The notes beneath the pieces were generated by a model. That model had not been told where the DNA came from and ran no database searches. It worked only from the letters and a program-made list of their open reading frames with translations. From Candidatus Eiseniibacteriota bacterium (lineage in GTDB: Bacteria > Eisenbacteria > RBG-16-71-46 > DASYSL01): a DNA stretch of 64,000 nucleotides. Both the position numbers and the translations under genes were made by a program. The stretch is from the NCBI GenBank assembly GCA_031431875.1, contig JANPEF010000106.1:44680-108679 (forward strand), given 5' to 3'. The number at the start of each line of letters is the position of its first letter. Position 1 is the first letter of the stretch. Shown here piece after piece: positions 39,269-49,523 of the stretch.

Positions 39269-40498
39269 ATGGAATCACCGCTCGATCGCATGACGCTGCG
39301 CGACCTCGATGTCGACGGCCGCCGCGTCCTCGTGCGCGTCGACTACAACGTGCCGCTCGACGCCGACGGCGCCGTGGCCGACGATACGCGCCTGACGGCG
39401 ACGCTGCCGACGCTGCGCTACCTGATCGAGAAGGGCGCGGCCGTGATCCTCATGTCGCACCTGGGGCGGCCGAAGAGCGGGCCCGACCCGAAGGCGTCCC
39501 TGGCCCCCGTCGCGGCACGACTGTCGCGCTTCCTGCGCCAGCCCGTGCCGCTGGCGCCCGATTGCATCGGGGAGGCGACCACGGCCCTGGCCATGGCGCT
39601 CAAGCCGGGGCAGTGCCTGATGCTCGAGAACCTGCGCTTCCACGCCGGCGAGGAGGCAAACGATCCCGCTTTCGCCGAAGCGCTGGCGCGCCTGGGCGAG
39701 GTCTACGTCAACGACGCGTTCGGCACCGCGCACCGCGCGCACGCCTCGACCGTCGGCGTGCCCGAGCGCCTCAAGCCTGCCGCCGCCGGATTCCTCATGC
39801 AGAAGGAACTGGAGTACCTGGGCCGCGCCCTGCTCGAGCCCGCCCGCCCGTTCGCGGCGATCCTGGGCGGGGCCAAGATCTCGACCAAGATGCCCGTGCT
39901 CGAGCACCTGGTCGACCAGTGCGACCGTGTGCTCGTCGGTGGTGCGATGACGTTCACGTTCCTGCGGGCGCAGGGGTTGGGCACCGGGCAGTCGCTGGTC
40001 GAAGACGCGTTCGTCCCCACCGCGAAGGCGTTCCTCGAGAAGGCGCGCGCCGCCGACGTCGACGTCGTGCTGCCGGTCGACATGCGCTGGTCGGCGAGCC
40101 TCGACGGCGACCAGCCGGTGAGCGTGCACACCGTGCAGGCGCTGCCCGAGAAGGGCTACGGCGTCGACATCGGCCCCGAGACCGAGTCGTTGTTCGCCGG
40201 CGTGCTCGGCGACTGCCGCACCGTCGTGTGGAACGGGCCGATGGGCATCTTCGAGAAGCCTGCGTTCGCCCATGGCACGCTCGCCGTGGCGCGCACGCTG
40301 GCCGCGCTGACCCGCGAGCGCGACGCGATCACCGTGGTCGGCGGGGGCGACTCGGCGGCGGCCCTCGAGCAGAGCGGGCTCGCCGATCGCGTGAGCCACG
40401 TGTCGACCGGCGGCGGCGCGTCGCTCGAGTTCCTCGAGGGCAAGGTGCTGCCCGGGGTCGCTGCGTTGTCGAAGCGGGCGACCGCGGTCGAGTCGTGA
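39269..40498 (+). CDS. pgk: Phosphoglycerate kinase
   Basis: RVDYNVP, SHLGRP, ENLRF, NDAFGTAHRAHAS, STGGGASLE. Confidence 0.97.
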   Translation: MESPLDRMTLRDLDVDGRRVLVRVDYNVPLDADGAVADDTRLTATLPTLRYLIEKGAAVILMSHLGRPKSGPDPKASLAPVAARLSRFLRQPVPLAPDCIGEATTALAMALKPGQCLMLENLRFHAGEEANDPAFAEALARLGEVYVNDAFGTAHRAHASTVGVPERLKPAAAGFLMQKELEYLGRALLEPARPFAAILGGAKISTKMPVLEHLVDQCDRVLVGGAMTFTFLRAQGLGTGQSLVEDAFVPTAKAFLEKARAADVDVVLPVDMRWSASLDGDQPVSVHTVQALPEKGYGVDIGPETESLFAGVLGDCRTVVWNGPMGIFEKPAFAHGTLAVARTLAALTRERDAITVVGGGDSAAALEQSGLADRVSHVSTGGGASLEFLEGKVLPGVAALSKRATAVES

Positions 40499-41283
40499 GC
40501 TCGTCGCGCCGGCGGCTGGTCGCCGGCAACTGGAAACTCCACAAGACCAACGACGAGGCGCCGCGGCTCGTGCGCGCGCTGCTCGCCGAGTTGCTGCCCG
40601 CGCCCGGCTGTGACGTCGTGCTGTGCCCGCCGTTCACCGCGCTCAGCGAGGTGTCGTACCTCCTCGCCGGCACGCCGATCCGCCTCGGCGCGCAGGACGT
40701 GTTCTGGGAGAACACGGGTGCGTGGACCGGCGAGGTCTCGGCGCCGATGCTCGTGTCGGCCGGCTGCCGCTGCGTCCTCGTCGGTCACTCCGAGCGGCGC
40801 CAGTTCTTTGCCGAGACCGATGCGACCGTGGCGAAGAAGGCGCGCGCCGCGGTCGACGCGGGCCTCACCGCCATCGTCTGCGTCGGCGAGTCGCTGGTCG
40901 AGCGCGACGCCGGAAAGACGATCGACGTGCTCCTCACCCAGTTCGAGGCCGGACCGGGCGCGCTGACGGCAGGCGACCTGCCGCGGCTCGTGCTGGCCTA
41001 CGAGCCCGTGTGGGCGATCGGCACCGGGCGCAACGCGACGCCGGCCCAGGCCGTCGAGGCGCACGCGGCGCTGCGCGATCGCGCCCGGGCCCGCTGGGGT
41101 GCGGCGGCCGAGTCGCTGCGCATCCTCTACGGGGGCTCGGTCAAGGGCGACAACGCGGCGGCCCTGTTCGCCGAGGAAGAAATCGACGGCGCCCTGGTGG
41201 GGGGTGCCTCGCTCGAACCCGTGTCGTTCCTGCCCATCGTGCGGGCCGCGGGGGATAGCCGGGGGGGGCATCGAAGCGGTTGA
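40495..41283 (+). CDS. tpiA: Triosephosphate isomerase
   Basis: AGNWK, GHSERR, AYEPVWAIGTG, LYGGSV, LVGGASL. Confidence 0.97.
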   Translation: MSSSRRRLVAGNWKLHKTNDEAPRLVRALLAELLPAPGCDVVLCPPFTALSEVSYLLAGTPIRLGAQDVFWENTGAWTGEVSAPMLVSAGCRCVLVGHSERRQFFAETDATVAKKARAAVDAGLTAIVCVGESLVERDAGKTIDVLLTQFEAGPGALTAGDLPRLVLAYEPVWAIGTGRNATPAQAVEAHAALRDRARARWGAAAESLRILYGGSVKGDNAAALFAEEEIDGALVGGASLEPVSFLPIVRAAGDSRGGHRSG

Positions 41284-41368
41284 CGCCGGGGGCGGCCGCA
41301 TGCGATGTTTCGGGGTGTGTTCGGGGCCTTCTTCGAGGGCCCCCCGTCGTTTTGGCCCCGAGGTTCGC

Positions 41369-41794
41369 ATGTTCGGATTCGTTCTCTCGATTCACGTGCT
41401 CATCTGCTTCCTGATGATCGTCGTCATCCTCCTCCAGTCGGGGAAGGGCGGCGGGCTGGCCGGCGCCTTCGGTGGCGGCGGCGCCACGACCGTCTTCGGC
41501 GGCCGCGGTGCGACCACCGTGCTCACGCGCGCGACCATGGTGCTTGGCTTCCTGTTCTTCGTCACGTCGCTCACGCTCGCCCTCACCGGCGGCGTGACGC
41601 GTCCGGCCACGCGGAGCCTCCTCCAGGAGGAGGCGCGCCGCGCCGCTCCGGCCGGGGCACCGGTGGGCGCCGGTGGTCTCGGCGCGCCGGCAGCGCCGCA
41701 GGCCCTGCCGACGTCGCCGCCGGCGACGACGCCGCAGACCGCGCCCGCGCCGACCGGCGCAGTGCCGGCTCCCGCCCCAGGTGGGGGCCGCTGA
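41369..41794 (+). CDS. secG: Preprotein translocase subunit SecG
   Basis: ILLQSGKGGGLAGAFGG, two TM helices, position between tpiA and tRNA-Leu. Confidence 0.93.
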   Translation: MFGFVLSIHVLICFLMIVVILLQSGKGGGLAGAFGGGGATTVFGGRGATTVLTRATMVLGFLFFVTSLTLALTGGVTRPATRSLLQEEARRAAPAGAPVGAGGLGAPAAPQALPTSPPATTPQTAPAPTGAVPAPAPGGGR

Positions 41795-41861
41795 TCCGTT
41801 GTTCCGCGCGCAAGCGCGGGGTCGCCCTCCTCGAGACGTCTTCGGCGATCGCAGGACGAGT

Positions 41862-41946
<85 letters not shown>

Positions 41947-42029
41947 CACTTCGGAGACCCCGCCCGTGCGCGCCTCGGCGCTGCACGGTTGCGGGGTCGA
42001 TCCGTTTCGGGCAACGGTGGAGCGAACGC

Positions 42030-42392
42030 ATGAGCGACTGCATCTTCTGCCGCATTGCGACGGGGGAGATTCCGGCGACGATAGTGCACGCCGACGACCG
42101 CGTGATCGCCTTCCGCGACCTCGACCCGCAGGCCCCTGTGCATGTGCTGGTCGTGCCGCGGCGCCACGTCGGCTCGCTGGCCGAGCTTGCGGCCGACGAC
42201 GGGGGCGAGGACGCCGCGCTCGCGGCGGCGCTGCTCGCGACTGCCCGGCGGGTCGCCCGGGCCGAGGGTCTGGATGCGCCCGGACGCGGGTTCCGTCTCG
42301 TGGCGAACACGGGGCCCGAGGGAGGGCAGTCGGTCGGTCACCTCCACTTCCACCTGCTCGGCGGACGCCGCCTGGACTGGCCGCCCGGCTGA
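42030..42392 (+). CDS. HIT family nucleotide hydrolase (HinT-like)
   Basis: DCIFCRI, FRDLDPQAPVH, GGQSVGHLHFHLLGGR, WPPG. Confidence 0.95.
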   Translation: MSDCIFCRIATGEIPATIVHADDRVIAFRDLDPQAPVHVLVVPRRHVGSLAELAADDGGEDAALAAALLATARRVARAEGLDAPGRGFRLVANTGPEGGQSVGHLHFHLLGGRRLDWPPG

Positions 42393-42493
42393 GGGGGTTG
42401 CGAAAGTGCTCCAAACGAGGCGGGTAACACAATAAACCCAAAAGACTTGTGATCCGCCTTCAGCGGATCACGACATCTGCCGATCACCCCCGG

Positions 42494-43375
42494 ATGATGC
42501 CGCCCACCCCGCTTCCAGACCCTGAATCCACACCCGGGCTCGATCTCGAGGCCCTGCGGGAACGCCTGCGCTCCGCACGCGCCGAGCGGGGCGCCTGCCC
42601 GCCCTGGGACGAGCTGCGCGCCGACCTGTTGCCGGGCGGCGGCGCTCGTGCCGGGCGTGAGGCCCGCTGGGCGCATCGCGAGCTCTGCCCGTACTGTGAC
42701 GCGCACGTGCGCGAGTGGGAGCGCAGCACCGATCGCACCGCCGACACGCTCGAGGCTGTCGAGCAGCACGTGGCGCGCGGCGTCGTCGAGGGCGCGCGGC
42801 GCCTGATCGCTCTCGGCAGCACGCGCGCGCCGGCTGCGGCGACGCCGACACCGGCGGCCCCGCTGAGCCCCGGGCCGGCCCCCGCGCCGGAGCGTCGCGC
42901 CAAGGCCCCGCTTTCGATCGTGCCACCGCCGACGTACACGCCGCCGCCGGTGCGCCCGGCGACATCGCCGGAGCCGGTCGTGGCGGACCCACCCGTCGCA
43001 CCTGTCGCCTCGCCCGGGTTGCGGCTGCTGGTGGTGGAGGCCACGGCCGTTGAGCGGATTCCGTCGAGCGTCTTCCTGTGCGCGCAGGTGCTCGGGGCCG
43101 AGGTCGCGCAGGTCGCGTCCGTCGACGAGCTGGCGGGTGATCCCGACCTCGACGCGGTGTGCGCAATCGTGTTCGCGGGTGCGCGGCCGTCATCCGAGTG
43201 GCCCGAGGCCCTGCGCCGCGGCCGTGACCTCGCGCCGGGGCGGCCGGTCCTCATCCTCGCGGGTGGGGGCGCGCCGCCCAGAGGGGGCGCCCTCCGCGCG
43301 CTTCGCGGGGCGCTCCTGTCGGTCGATGATCCGGCGGAGCTCCTGCTCCTCGCGCTCGATCCGCGCCTGCGCTAG
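42494..43375 (+). CDS. Hypothetical protein with ZAS-type zinc motif and degenerate receiver-like C-terminus
   Basis: CPPWDEL...HRELCPYC (HxxxCxxC), Pro-rich linker, LRLLVVE...PVLIL. Start uncertain (42449 or 42494). Confidence 0.6.
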   Translation: MMPPTPLPDPESTPGLDLEALRERLRSARAERGACPPWDELRADLLPGGGARAGREARWAHRELCPYCDAHVREWERSTDRTADTLEAVEQHVARGVVEGARRLIALGSTRAPAAATPTPAAPLSPGPAPAPERRAKAPLSIVPPPTYTPPPVRPATSPEPVVADPPVAPVASPGLRLLVVEATAVERIPSSVFLCAQVLGAEVAQVASVDELAGDPDLDAVCAIVFAGARPSSEWPEALRRGRDLAPGRPVLILAGGGAPPRGGALRALRGALLSVDDPAELLLLALDPRLR

Positions 43376-45024
43376 GGCAGCACGACCACTTTGAGCGCGG
43401 CCGACGAACGGCCGTGGCGCGGCGCGCTCCACCGCACTCGAGCGAAGTAGACCCCCGCCGTCACGCGCCTTCCGTCGCCACCCGCGGTCGACCAGTCGAG
43501 TGCCCCGGTATTGCCGCCCGCTTCGCCCGCCCACACTCGGCGCCCCCGCACATCGCTGACCTCGACGCGGAACGCCCCGGCCGGTGCACCTGCCGCGCGC
43601 ACGAAACGGATCACGTTGCGGCGCGGAAAGACCACCCGCACGGGGCTCGGGTCCGGCTCGGGCACGGGCGTCGCCGTCACCGTGTCCTCGACGGGCACGA
43701 AGGCGAGCGTGTCGCGCACCGTGCTGCCGATCGTCGCCGCGGCCTCGAGCAGGAACGAGCGACCGTCGACGGCCGTTGGCAGGACGCAGACGAATGATGT
43801 CGTGTCGTTGGTCAGGTCCAGCGTATCGGGCAGGGCGAGCTCGGCGGGCAGGAGGGGGGCCGACCAACCGCTCTCGAGGCGGAGAAAGCGCGGCGCCAGC
43901 CGGCGCCCGGCGCCGTTCACCGCATGGACGATGAAGCGCACCGTGTCCCCCGGTGAGGCGCGATCCGGATCGAAACGCACGGAGATCAGCTGCAGGGGAT
44001 CAGGCGGGGCAAGGCGGAAAGTGTCGACCGCCGTCCACTTCGCGTCCCACAGGTCGATCCACTCGTTGTGCACGTCCCCGAAGTACCAGCGCTCCCCGTC
44101 GCGCACCATCTCCGAACCCCACCAGCCGGAGGTCGAGTAGCCGAGCATGCTGCGCAGCCGGCGGCTGGTGTTCCAGCCGTTCACCGAGTCGGTCGAGCGC
44201 CCGTAGGTGAGCGACTGTCCCGCGTCGGTCGTCCACAGGATGAGCAGGAGCGAATCGTCGCGGCTGAACACGTGCGGGGACTCGGCGACGTCCGAGAAGG
44301 CGACCTGCGGCAGCGCCAGCGGCATCTGGCCGCGGTCGCTCCAGGTCTCGAGGTCGCTCGAGCCGGCGATCCCGATCGTCATGCTCAGCGGCTGGGCCGC
44401 CGGGCGCACGGCCACGTACATCAGCCACTCGCCGTGCAACGCATCCCACCACAGGAAGGGATCACGGCAGTCGCTTCCCGTCCCCGCGCCCGGGTCGACG
44501 TGGGCCCATGGAAAGATCGTGTTGTCGAACAGCGGCGTGCCGCGCCGCGTCCACGTGTAGAGGTCGGGCGAGGTCGCGGACGTGATCGTCTGGGCGAGGT
44601 TGTAGGTGGGCGGCTCGTGCCGCATGCCTGGGTAGAACAGGTGCCAGAGAGTGCCGATCCGGTGCAGCGACGGTGCCCAGACCTGCGTTCCCTCGAAGGT
44701 GCCCGGGACGACCGGGAGAATCGTGTCCTGCTCGGCCCACAGGTAGAGGTCGCGCGAGATCGCATGCCCGAACGAGCGCTGCGTCGGGGCGTTGGGAATG
44801 TCGTTCTCGCGCAGGTAGAACAGGTGGAACCACCCGCCGTCGCGGACGAGCGTGAACTCCTTGGGGCGGTAGCCCGGGGGCGGGAAGTACCGTGCCGGGG
44901 AGGTGGGGCCCTCCTGCGCGAGGGCGACCGCGGGAGCGAACACGCCGCGCACGCCGAGCGGGTCCGCGGCGATGATCAGCGCGGCGAGGACGCAGGGCAG
45001 GATGCGGGCGCAAGACCGGGGCAT
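43372..45024 (-). CDS. Secreted GH32-like five-bladed propeller hydrolase with FlgD-like CTD
   Basis: RPKEF..WFHLFY, GHAISRDL, WAPS, CRDP, AESP; CTD VSDVRGRRV..W..AGVYF. Confidence 0.78.
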   Translation of the reverse strand: MPRSCARILPCVLAALIIAADPLGVRGVFAPAVALAQEGPTSPARYFPPPGYRPKEFTLVRDGGWFHLFYLRENDIPNAPTQRSFGHAISRDLYLWAEQDTILPVVPGTFEGTQVWAPSLHRIGTLWHLFYPGMRHEPPTYNLAQTITSATSPDLYTWTRRGTPLFDNTIFPWAHVDPGAGTGSDCRDPFLWWDALHGEWLMYVAVRPAAQPLSMTIGIAGSSDLETWSDRGQMPLALPQVAFSDVAESPHVFSRDDSLLLILWTTDAGQSLTYGRSTDSVNGWNTSRRLRSMLGYSTSGWWGSEMVRDGERWYFGDVHNEWIDLWDAKWTAVDTFRLAPPDPLQLISVRFDPDRASPGDTVRFIVHAVNGAGRRLAPRFLRLESGWSAPLLPAELALPDTLDLTNDTTSFVCVLPTAVDGRSFLLEAAATIGSTVRDTLAFVPVEDTVTATPVPEPDPSPVRVVFPRRNVIRFVRAAGAPAGAFRVEVSDVRGRRVWAGEAGGNTGALDWSTAGGDGRRVTAGVYFARVRWSAPRHGRSSAALKVVVLP

Positions 45025-45069
45025 GACCCCTCCGGGATCCGGATGATACGGGGGTGTTCGAGGAGGAGA

Positions 45070-45594
45070 CTACAGCAGCGGGCGGATCGCCGCGTCCAGC
45101 TTTTCTTCGGCCACCAGCCCCTGGTAGCGCTCGACGATCCGGCCGTCCTTGTCGATCAGGAACGCCGTGGGGACGAAGCGGATCTCGCCGAACGCATCCA
45201 TGGTCTTCTCGTCGGCCAGCGCGGTGGTCCAGGGGATCGCGTTCTTGCGCACAAAATCGCGCACCACGCCTGCCCCCTCGTGGTCGACCGAGAGACCGAG
45301 GATGACGAAGCCCTTTTTCCCGTAGCGGGCATGCAGGTTCTTGAGATGCGGGATGGAACGTCGGCAGGGGCCGCACCACGTCGCCCAGAAGTCGACGAAC
45401 ACGACCTTGCCACGGTAGGACGACAGGCGCACCGCCTTGCCGTCCAGATCGCGCAGCGTGAACTCGGGCGCGGCCGGGCGGGGTTTGCCGGCCGCGGCCG
45501 CGGCGGTCGCGGTTGCGGCGGTTGCGGCGGGGGCGCCCGCGGTGAGCGCCGTCGCGAGCATGAGCAGGAGCACGAGGAGTCGGAGAAGGTCCAT
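45070..45594 (-). CDS. TlpA/ResA-like thioredoxin
   Basis: Signal peptide, APEFTL, DFWATWCGPC, PTAFLIDKDG. Confidence 0.92.
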   Translation of the reverse strand: MDLLRLLVLLLMLATALTAGAPAATAATATAAAAAGKPRPAAPEFTLRDLDGKAVRLSSYRGKVVFVDFWATWCGPCRRSIPHLKNLHARYGKKGFVILGLSVDHEGAGVVRDFVRKNAIPWTTALADEKTMDAFGEIRFVPTAFLIDKDGRIVERYQGLVAEEKLDAAIRPLL

Positions 45595-45695
45595 GCCGTG
45601 AGGATGGCACGCAGCCGGCGCCGGGGACAAGGACTGCGGCCGGCCGCGCGGTCAACTCGGCGTAAACGGACCGCGCCCTGCGCGGCCGATCGCGG

Positions 45696-45725
45696 TTGTG
45701 ACCGCGCGCGATCCCGTGCTACCGT
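45696..45725 (+). promoter_or_regulatory. Candidate promoter for the tol-pal operon
   Basis: TTGTGA, N18, TACCGT with TG extended -10. Confidence 0.35.
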
Positions 45726-45796
45726 CCCGCTGAAGCCAGCCATCGAGGGAAGGATCGCGCGCGGCAACGGCACCGCGCTTCACATGGAGGGACGGC

Positions 45797-46567
45797 ATGC
45801 TTCCAGGTCTCATCGCGCCACTGCAGGGCGGGGTTCGCGCCAGTGTTCCCTCGCTCATCATGCAGTCCGGCGGCTTCAACAAGTTCCTTCTGCTGCTGCT
45901 CATCGTGCTCTCGGTGGCGACCTGGGCGATCCTGGTCGATCGCTGGCGCCTGTTGAGCGTCGCCCAGGCCGCCGATCGGCGCTTTCGCGCTGCATTCCGC
46001 GGGGCCTCCGGCCTCGCCGAGACCCGCCTCATGGCCTCGCAGCACCCGCTCTCCCTGCAGGCCAAGCTCGCCCAGGAGGGCCTCGGCCTGCTGGCGCCCC
46101 GCGGCGAGTCGGCGGACCTCTCCACCGAATCGCTCGAGCTGGCCGCTCGCGCCATGGAGCGCGCCCGCTCCGACGAGCTCGATCGCCTGGAAAAGAACGT
46201 CGGCTTCCTCGCCACCGTCGGCTCGGTCGCCCCGTTCGTCGGCCTGATGGGCACGGTGTGGGGGATCATGAGCGCGTTCCTCAACATCGGTGTCCAGGGT
46301 TCGGCCAGCCTCGTCGTCGTCGCGCCGGGCATCGCCGAGGCACTCATCGCCACCGTTGCCGGGCTCGCCGCGGCGATCCCCGCCGTCGTCGCCTACAACA
46401 TCCTGGTCGGTCGCCTGCGCTCGCTGGGCAATGACGCTTCGACGTTCGTCTCCGAGTTCGTCGACTCGGCGGTGCGCGAAGCGCGGAGCCGCAAGCGGCC
46501 CGCCCCTGCCGGCGCGCGCGCGACCGAGGCGCCGAGCGCGCCGCTGTTCGAGGCCGCGCCGCGATGA
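45797..46567 (+). CDS. tolQ: TolQ (MotA/TolQ/ExbB family)
   Basis: APFVGLMGTVWGIM, APGIAEALIAT..GL..AIPAV; heads the tol-pal cluster. Confidence 0.92.
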   Translation: MLPGLIAPLQGGVRASVPSLIMQSGGFNKFLLLLLIVLSVATWAILVDRWRLLSVAQAADRRFRAAFRGASGLAETRLMASQHPLSLQAKLAQEGLGLLAPRGESADLSTESLELAARAMERARSDELDRLEKNVGFLATVGSVAPFVGLMGTVWGIMSAFLNIGVQGSASLVVVAPGIAEALIATVAGLAAAIPAVVAYNILVGRLRSLGNDASTFVSEFVDSAVREARSRKRPAPAGARATEAPSAPLFEAAPR

Positions 46568-46980
46568 TGGCCGCCCCGCGCGACGAACGTCGCGCCCCGA
46601 TCGCCGAGATCAACGTCACGCCGCTGGTCGACGTGATGCTCGTGCTGCTCATCATCTTCATGGTGACCGCGCCGTTCCTGCAGGGCGGGCTCGACGTCGA
46701 CCTGCCCAAGGTCTCGGCCCAGGGCCTCGACATGCGCGAGGGGATCACCCTGACCATCGACCCGAGTGGGGCGATCTACATGGACAAGGAGCCGGTCAAG
46801 CTCGCCGAGCTGGGGCGCGTGCTCGAGGCGAAGGATGCCGCGTCTCGCCCGGTGTTCCTGCGCGCCGACCAGAAGGTGCCGTACGGTGTCGTCGCCCAGG
46901 TGATCGGCCGGGTGCGCGCCGCCGGGGTGACCGACCTGGGGCTCGTCACCGAGCCGGACGCGGTCGAGCGACGGCGGTAG
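46564..46980 (+). CDS. tolR: TolR (ExbD/TolR family)
   Basis: EINVTPLVDVMLVLLIIFMVTAP, FLRAD..VPYG. Confidence 0.92.
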   Translation: MMAAPRDERRAPIAEINVTPLVDVMLVLLIIFMVTAPFLQGGLDVDLPKVSAQGLDMREGITLTIDPSGAIYMDKEPVKLAELGRVLEAKDAASRPVFLRADQKVPYGVVAQVIGRVRAAGVTDLGLVTEPDAVERRR

Positions 46981-46985
46981 GGGCG

Positions 46986-47651
46986 ATGAGCCGCCAGTCG
47001 ATCGCGGCGTCGGCGCTCGGGCACGCGCTCGTGGTGTGGGTGCTGTTCATCTTCGTGCCATTGTCGCCGGCGCGCGTGCTGCCGAGCACGATCCAGGTGG
47101 CGCTGGTCAACCTCCCAGCCGGGCGGTCGATGCCTGCGCGCGGTGTCCCGTCCGATGCTTCGGCCCCCAAGACGGCGCCCGAGCCGAAGGCCGAGGACAA
47201 GGCCGAGGCGCCGCCCGAGAAGAACGCGGTGCGGCCGCCGGACACGAAGAAGCCGGCACCGCGCCGGCCCACGCCCGGACTGCCGCAGGGTGCGACGGGG
47301 CTGCCGAGCGTGGCAATGGGTGTGGCCGGGCTGTCGGGATCGGTCGCCGTCGATGGCGACTTTCGTTGGACGTACTGGCTGCTCGCCGTGCGCTCGACAG
47401 TCGATCGGAACTGGGGTGGCTCGCCGGGCATCGTCACCGGCGGGAAGCCGATTCGCTGCACGGTCTACTTCCGGGTGGATCGCGGCGGTGGTGTGAGCAG
47501 CGTGAAGTTGACCGAATCCTCGGGCGTGGCCTACTTCGATCAGAAGGCGCTGCGCGCAGTGACCGTGTCGGACCCGCTGGTGCGGTTGCCCGAGGATTAC
47601 GCCAACGACTGGGTGGGAGTGCACTTTGGTTTCGAATACTCGGATCAGTAG
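46986..47651 (+). CDS. TolA/TonB-family energy transducer
   Basis: S..GH TM motif, Pro/Lys linker, C-terminal SSG..FDQKALRAV. Confidence 0.85.
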   Translation: MSRQSIAASALGHALVVWVLFIFVPLSPARVLPSTIQVALVNLPAGRSMPARGVPSDASAPKTAPEPKAEDKAEAPPEKNAVRPPDTKKPAPRRPTPGLPQGATGLPSVAMGVAGLSGSVAVDGDFRWTYWLLAVRSTVDRNWGGSPGIVTGGKPIRCTVYFRVDRGGGVSSVKLTESSGVAYFDQKALRAVTVSDPLVRLPEDYANDWVGVHFGFEYSDQ

Positions 47652-47667
47652 ATCGGGTCGCCGTGGA

Positions 47668-48993
47668 GTGTCGCTCGTCGCGCTCGTCGCGCTCGTCGCG
47701 CTCGTCGCGTGCATGGCGGCGTCCGCCGCGCGGGCACAGGATGAGGTGCGCATCGAGGTCCAGGACGGCGGCGAACGCAAGATCGGCATCCTGGTCGAGA
47801 GCTTCGTGCCCGCCGGGGATCGTGCCGCTGCGCGCCCGAAGGCGGTCGAGGCCGATCCGATCCTGGCCAACGACCTCGAGAACTCGACCGTATTCGCGGT
47901 GGCCCGCGCGTGGGACGCGACCGGCGCGTCGCCGCAGGGCGTGACTGCGGTGGTCAGCGCCACCCTCACCGTGAAGGGCACGACGCTGACGCTGAGCGGC
48001 CGACTGTCCGATTTCCCGGCGCGGCGCCTGATTGCAAAGAGCGAGTACAAGGGCACGACCGGCGAGCTGCGGCGCCTCGTGCACCGCTTCGCCGACGACG
48101 TGATCCTCCAGCTCACCGGCGAGGCCGGTGTGGCGCAGACCCAGATCGCCTTCGTCTCCAAGGCGGCGAAGAGCTCCGAGCTGTGGGTCGTCGACGTGGA
48201 CGGCTTCGGCGCGCGCGCGCTGACCGCGTTCAAGGCGCCGATCACCTCGCCGACATGGTCCCCGAGTCGCGCCGATGTCGCGTTCTCCTCGCTGCGTGGC
48301 GCCGGCTGGAACATCTATGCGGTCCCGTATCGCGGCGGCGCCTCGCGCCAGCTCACGCGGGCGGGGACGCTCAACGTCGCGCCCGCCTGGTCGCCCGACG
48401 GCGGCAGCATCGCGTATGTGTCGAACCGGGATGGCAACAGCGAGATCTATGTCGCGGGCGCTGACGGTTCGGGACCGCGACGGCTCACCTCGAACCGGGC
48501 GATCGACACCTCGCCGGCGTGGGCGCCGCATGGGCAGCAGCTGGCGTTCGCCTCGGATCGGGGCGGCAGCGTGCAGGTGTACGTGATGGACCGCGACGGC
48601 GGAAACCAGCACCGGCTGATCCAGGGTTTCCCGTATGCGGACTCGCCCGACTGGTCGCCGCGCGGGGATCGCATCGCGTTCGTCGTGCGCACCGGCGGAG
48701 GCTTCGACCTGTACATTGCGAATGCCGACGGATCGAATGTGCGCGCGGTGGTGACCGGCGGATCGAACGAGAATCCGCGCTGGGCGCCCGACGGGCGGCA
48801 AATCGTTTTCAGTTCCAACCGCGGGGGCGGACGCGGCCTGTGGATCACGGACCTGCGGGGCCGTTCGATCCGCAAGCTCGCCGTGCCCGGGGCCGTCGCG
48901 GCGAACCCCGCATGGTCGCCGCGCCCGGTGCAACCGCCGGGATCGACTCTGGGCAGCGCCGCTGCCCCGAACCCAGGGAGAACGAATCCATGA
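47668..48993 (+). CDS. tolB: TolB
   Basis: [13 protein letters not shown], repeated PD40 PAWSPDG units. Start uncertain (47626-47668). Confidence 0.9.
   Translation: MSLVALVALVALVACMAASAARAQDEVRIEVQDGGERKIGILVESFVPAGDRAAARPKAVEADPILANDLENSTVFAVARAWDATGASPQGVTAVVSATLTVKGTTLTLSGRLSDFPARRLIAKSEYKGTTGELRRLVHRFADDVILQLTGEAGVAQTQIAFVSKAAKSSELWVVDVDGFGARALTAFKAPITSPTWSPSRADVAFSSLRGAGWNIYAVPYRGGASRQLTRAGTLNVAPAWSPDGGSIAYVSNRDGNSEIYVAGADGSGPRRLTSNRAIDTSPAWAPHGQQLAFASDRGGSVQVYVMDRDGGNQHRLIQGFPYADSPDWSPRGDRIAFVVRTGGGFDLYIANADGSNVRAVVTGGSNENPRWAPDGRQIVFSSNRGGGRGLWITDLRGRSIRKLAVPGAVAANPAWSPRPVQPPGSTLGSAAAPNPGRTNP
47674..47709 (+). repeat. 9-bp tandem repeat (CTCGTCGCG)x4 encoding (LVA)4 in the TolB signal peptide
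   Basis: Read directly from the sequence. Confidence 0.85.
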
Positions 48994-49523
48994 ACCACAA
49001 CGCACGCTTCGCCTCGCGCGCCGCACTGGCGCTGCCGCTCCTCGCTGTCCTCGTCCTGACCGGCTGCTCGAAGAACAAGGACGTGGCCGAGGCCACGCCG
49101 CCGCCGCCTCCTCCGGTCGAGGCCGCACCCGCCCCGGCGGCGCCGCCGCCATCGACCCATCCCGCCCCGACGGAAACCGCACCGACGGTGGCGGACCAGC
49201 TCAAGGACGTGTTCTACGACTACGACGCCGCCGCGCTGTCGTCCGAGGCGCAGGCATCGCTCGACGGCAACGGCAAGGTGCTGCTCGACAACGCCGATGT
49301 CTCCGTGCAGATCGAGGGCCACTGCGACGAGCGCGGTACGGTCGAGTACAACCTGTCGCTCGGCGATCGCCGCGCCCAGTCGGCGCGCGACTACCTGGTG
49401 CGCTACGGCGTGCCGGCGGGGCGCGTGTCGACCGTGTCGTACGGCGAGGAGCGTCCGTTCGCCACCGGCGGCGACGAGGCCGCGTGGGCGCAGAATCGCC
49501 GCGCCCACTTCGTGGTCCGGTGA
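48990..49523 (+). CDS. pal: Peptidoglycan-associated lipoprotein
   Basis: Lipobox [37 protein letters not shown]. Confidence 0.95.
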   Translation: MNHNARFASRAALALPLLAVLVLTGCSKNKDVAEATPPPPPPVEAAPAPAAPPPSTHPAPTETAPTVADQLKDVFYDYDAAALSSEAQASLDGNGKVLLDNADVSVQIEGHCDERGTVEYNLSLGDRRAQSARDYLVRYGVPAGRVSTVSYGEERPFATGGDEAAWAQNRRAHFVVR

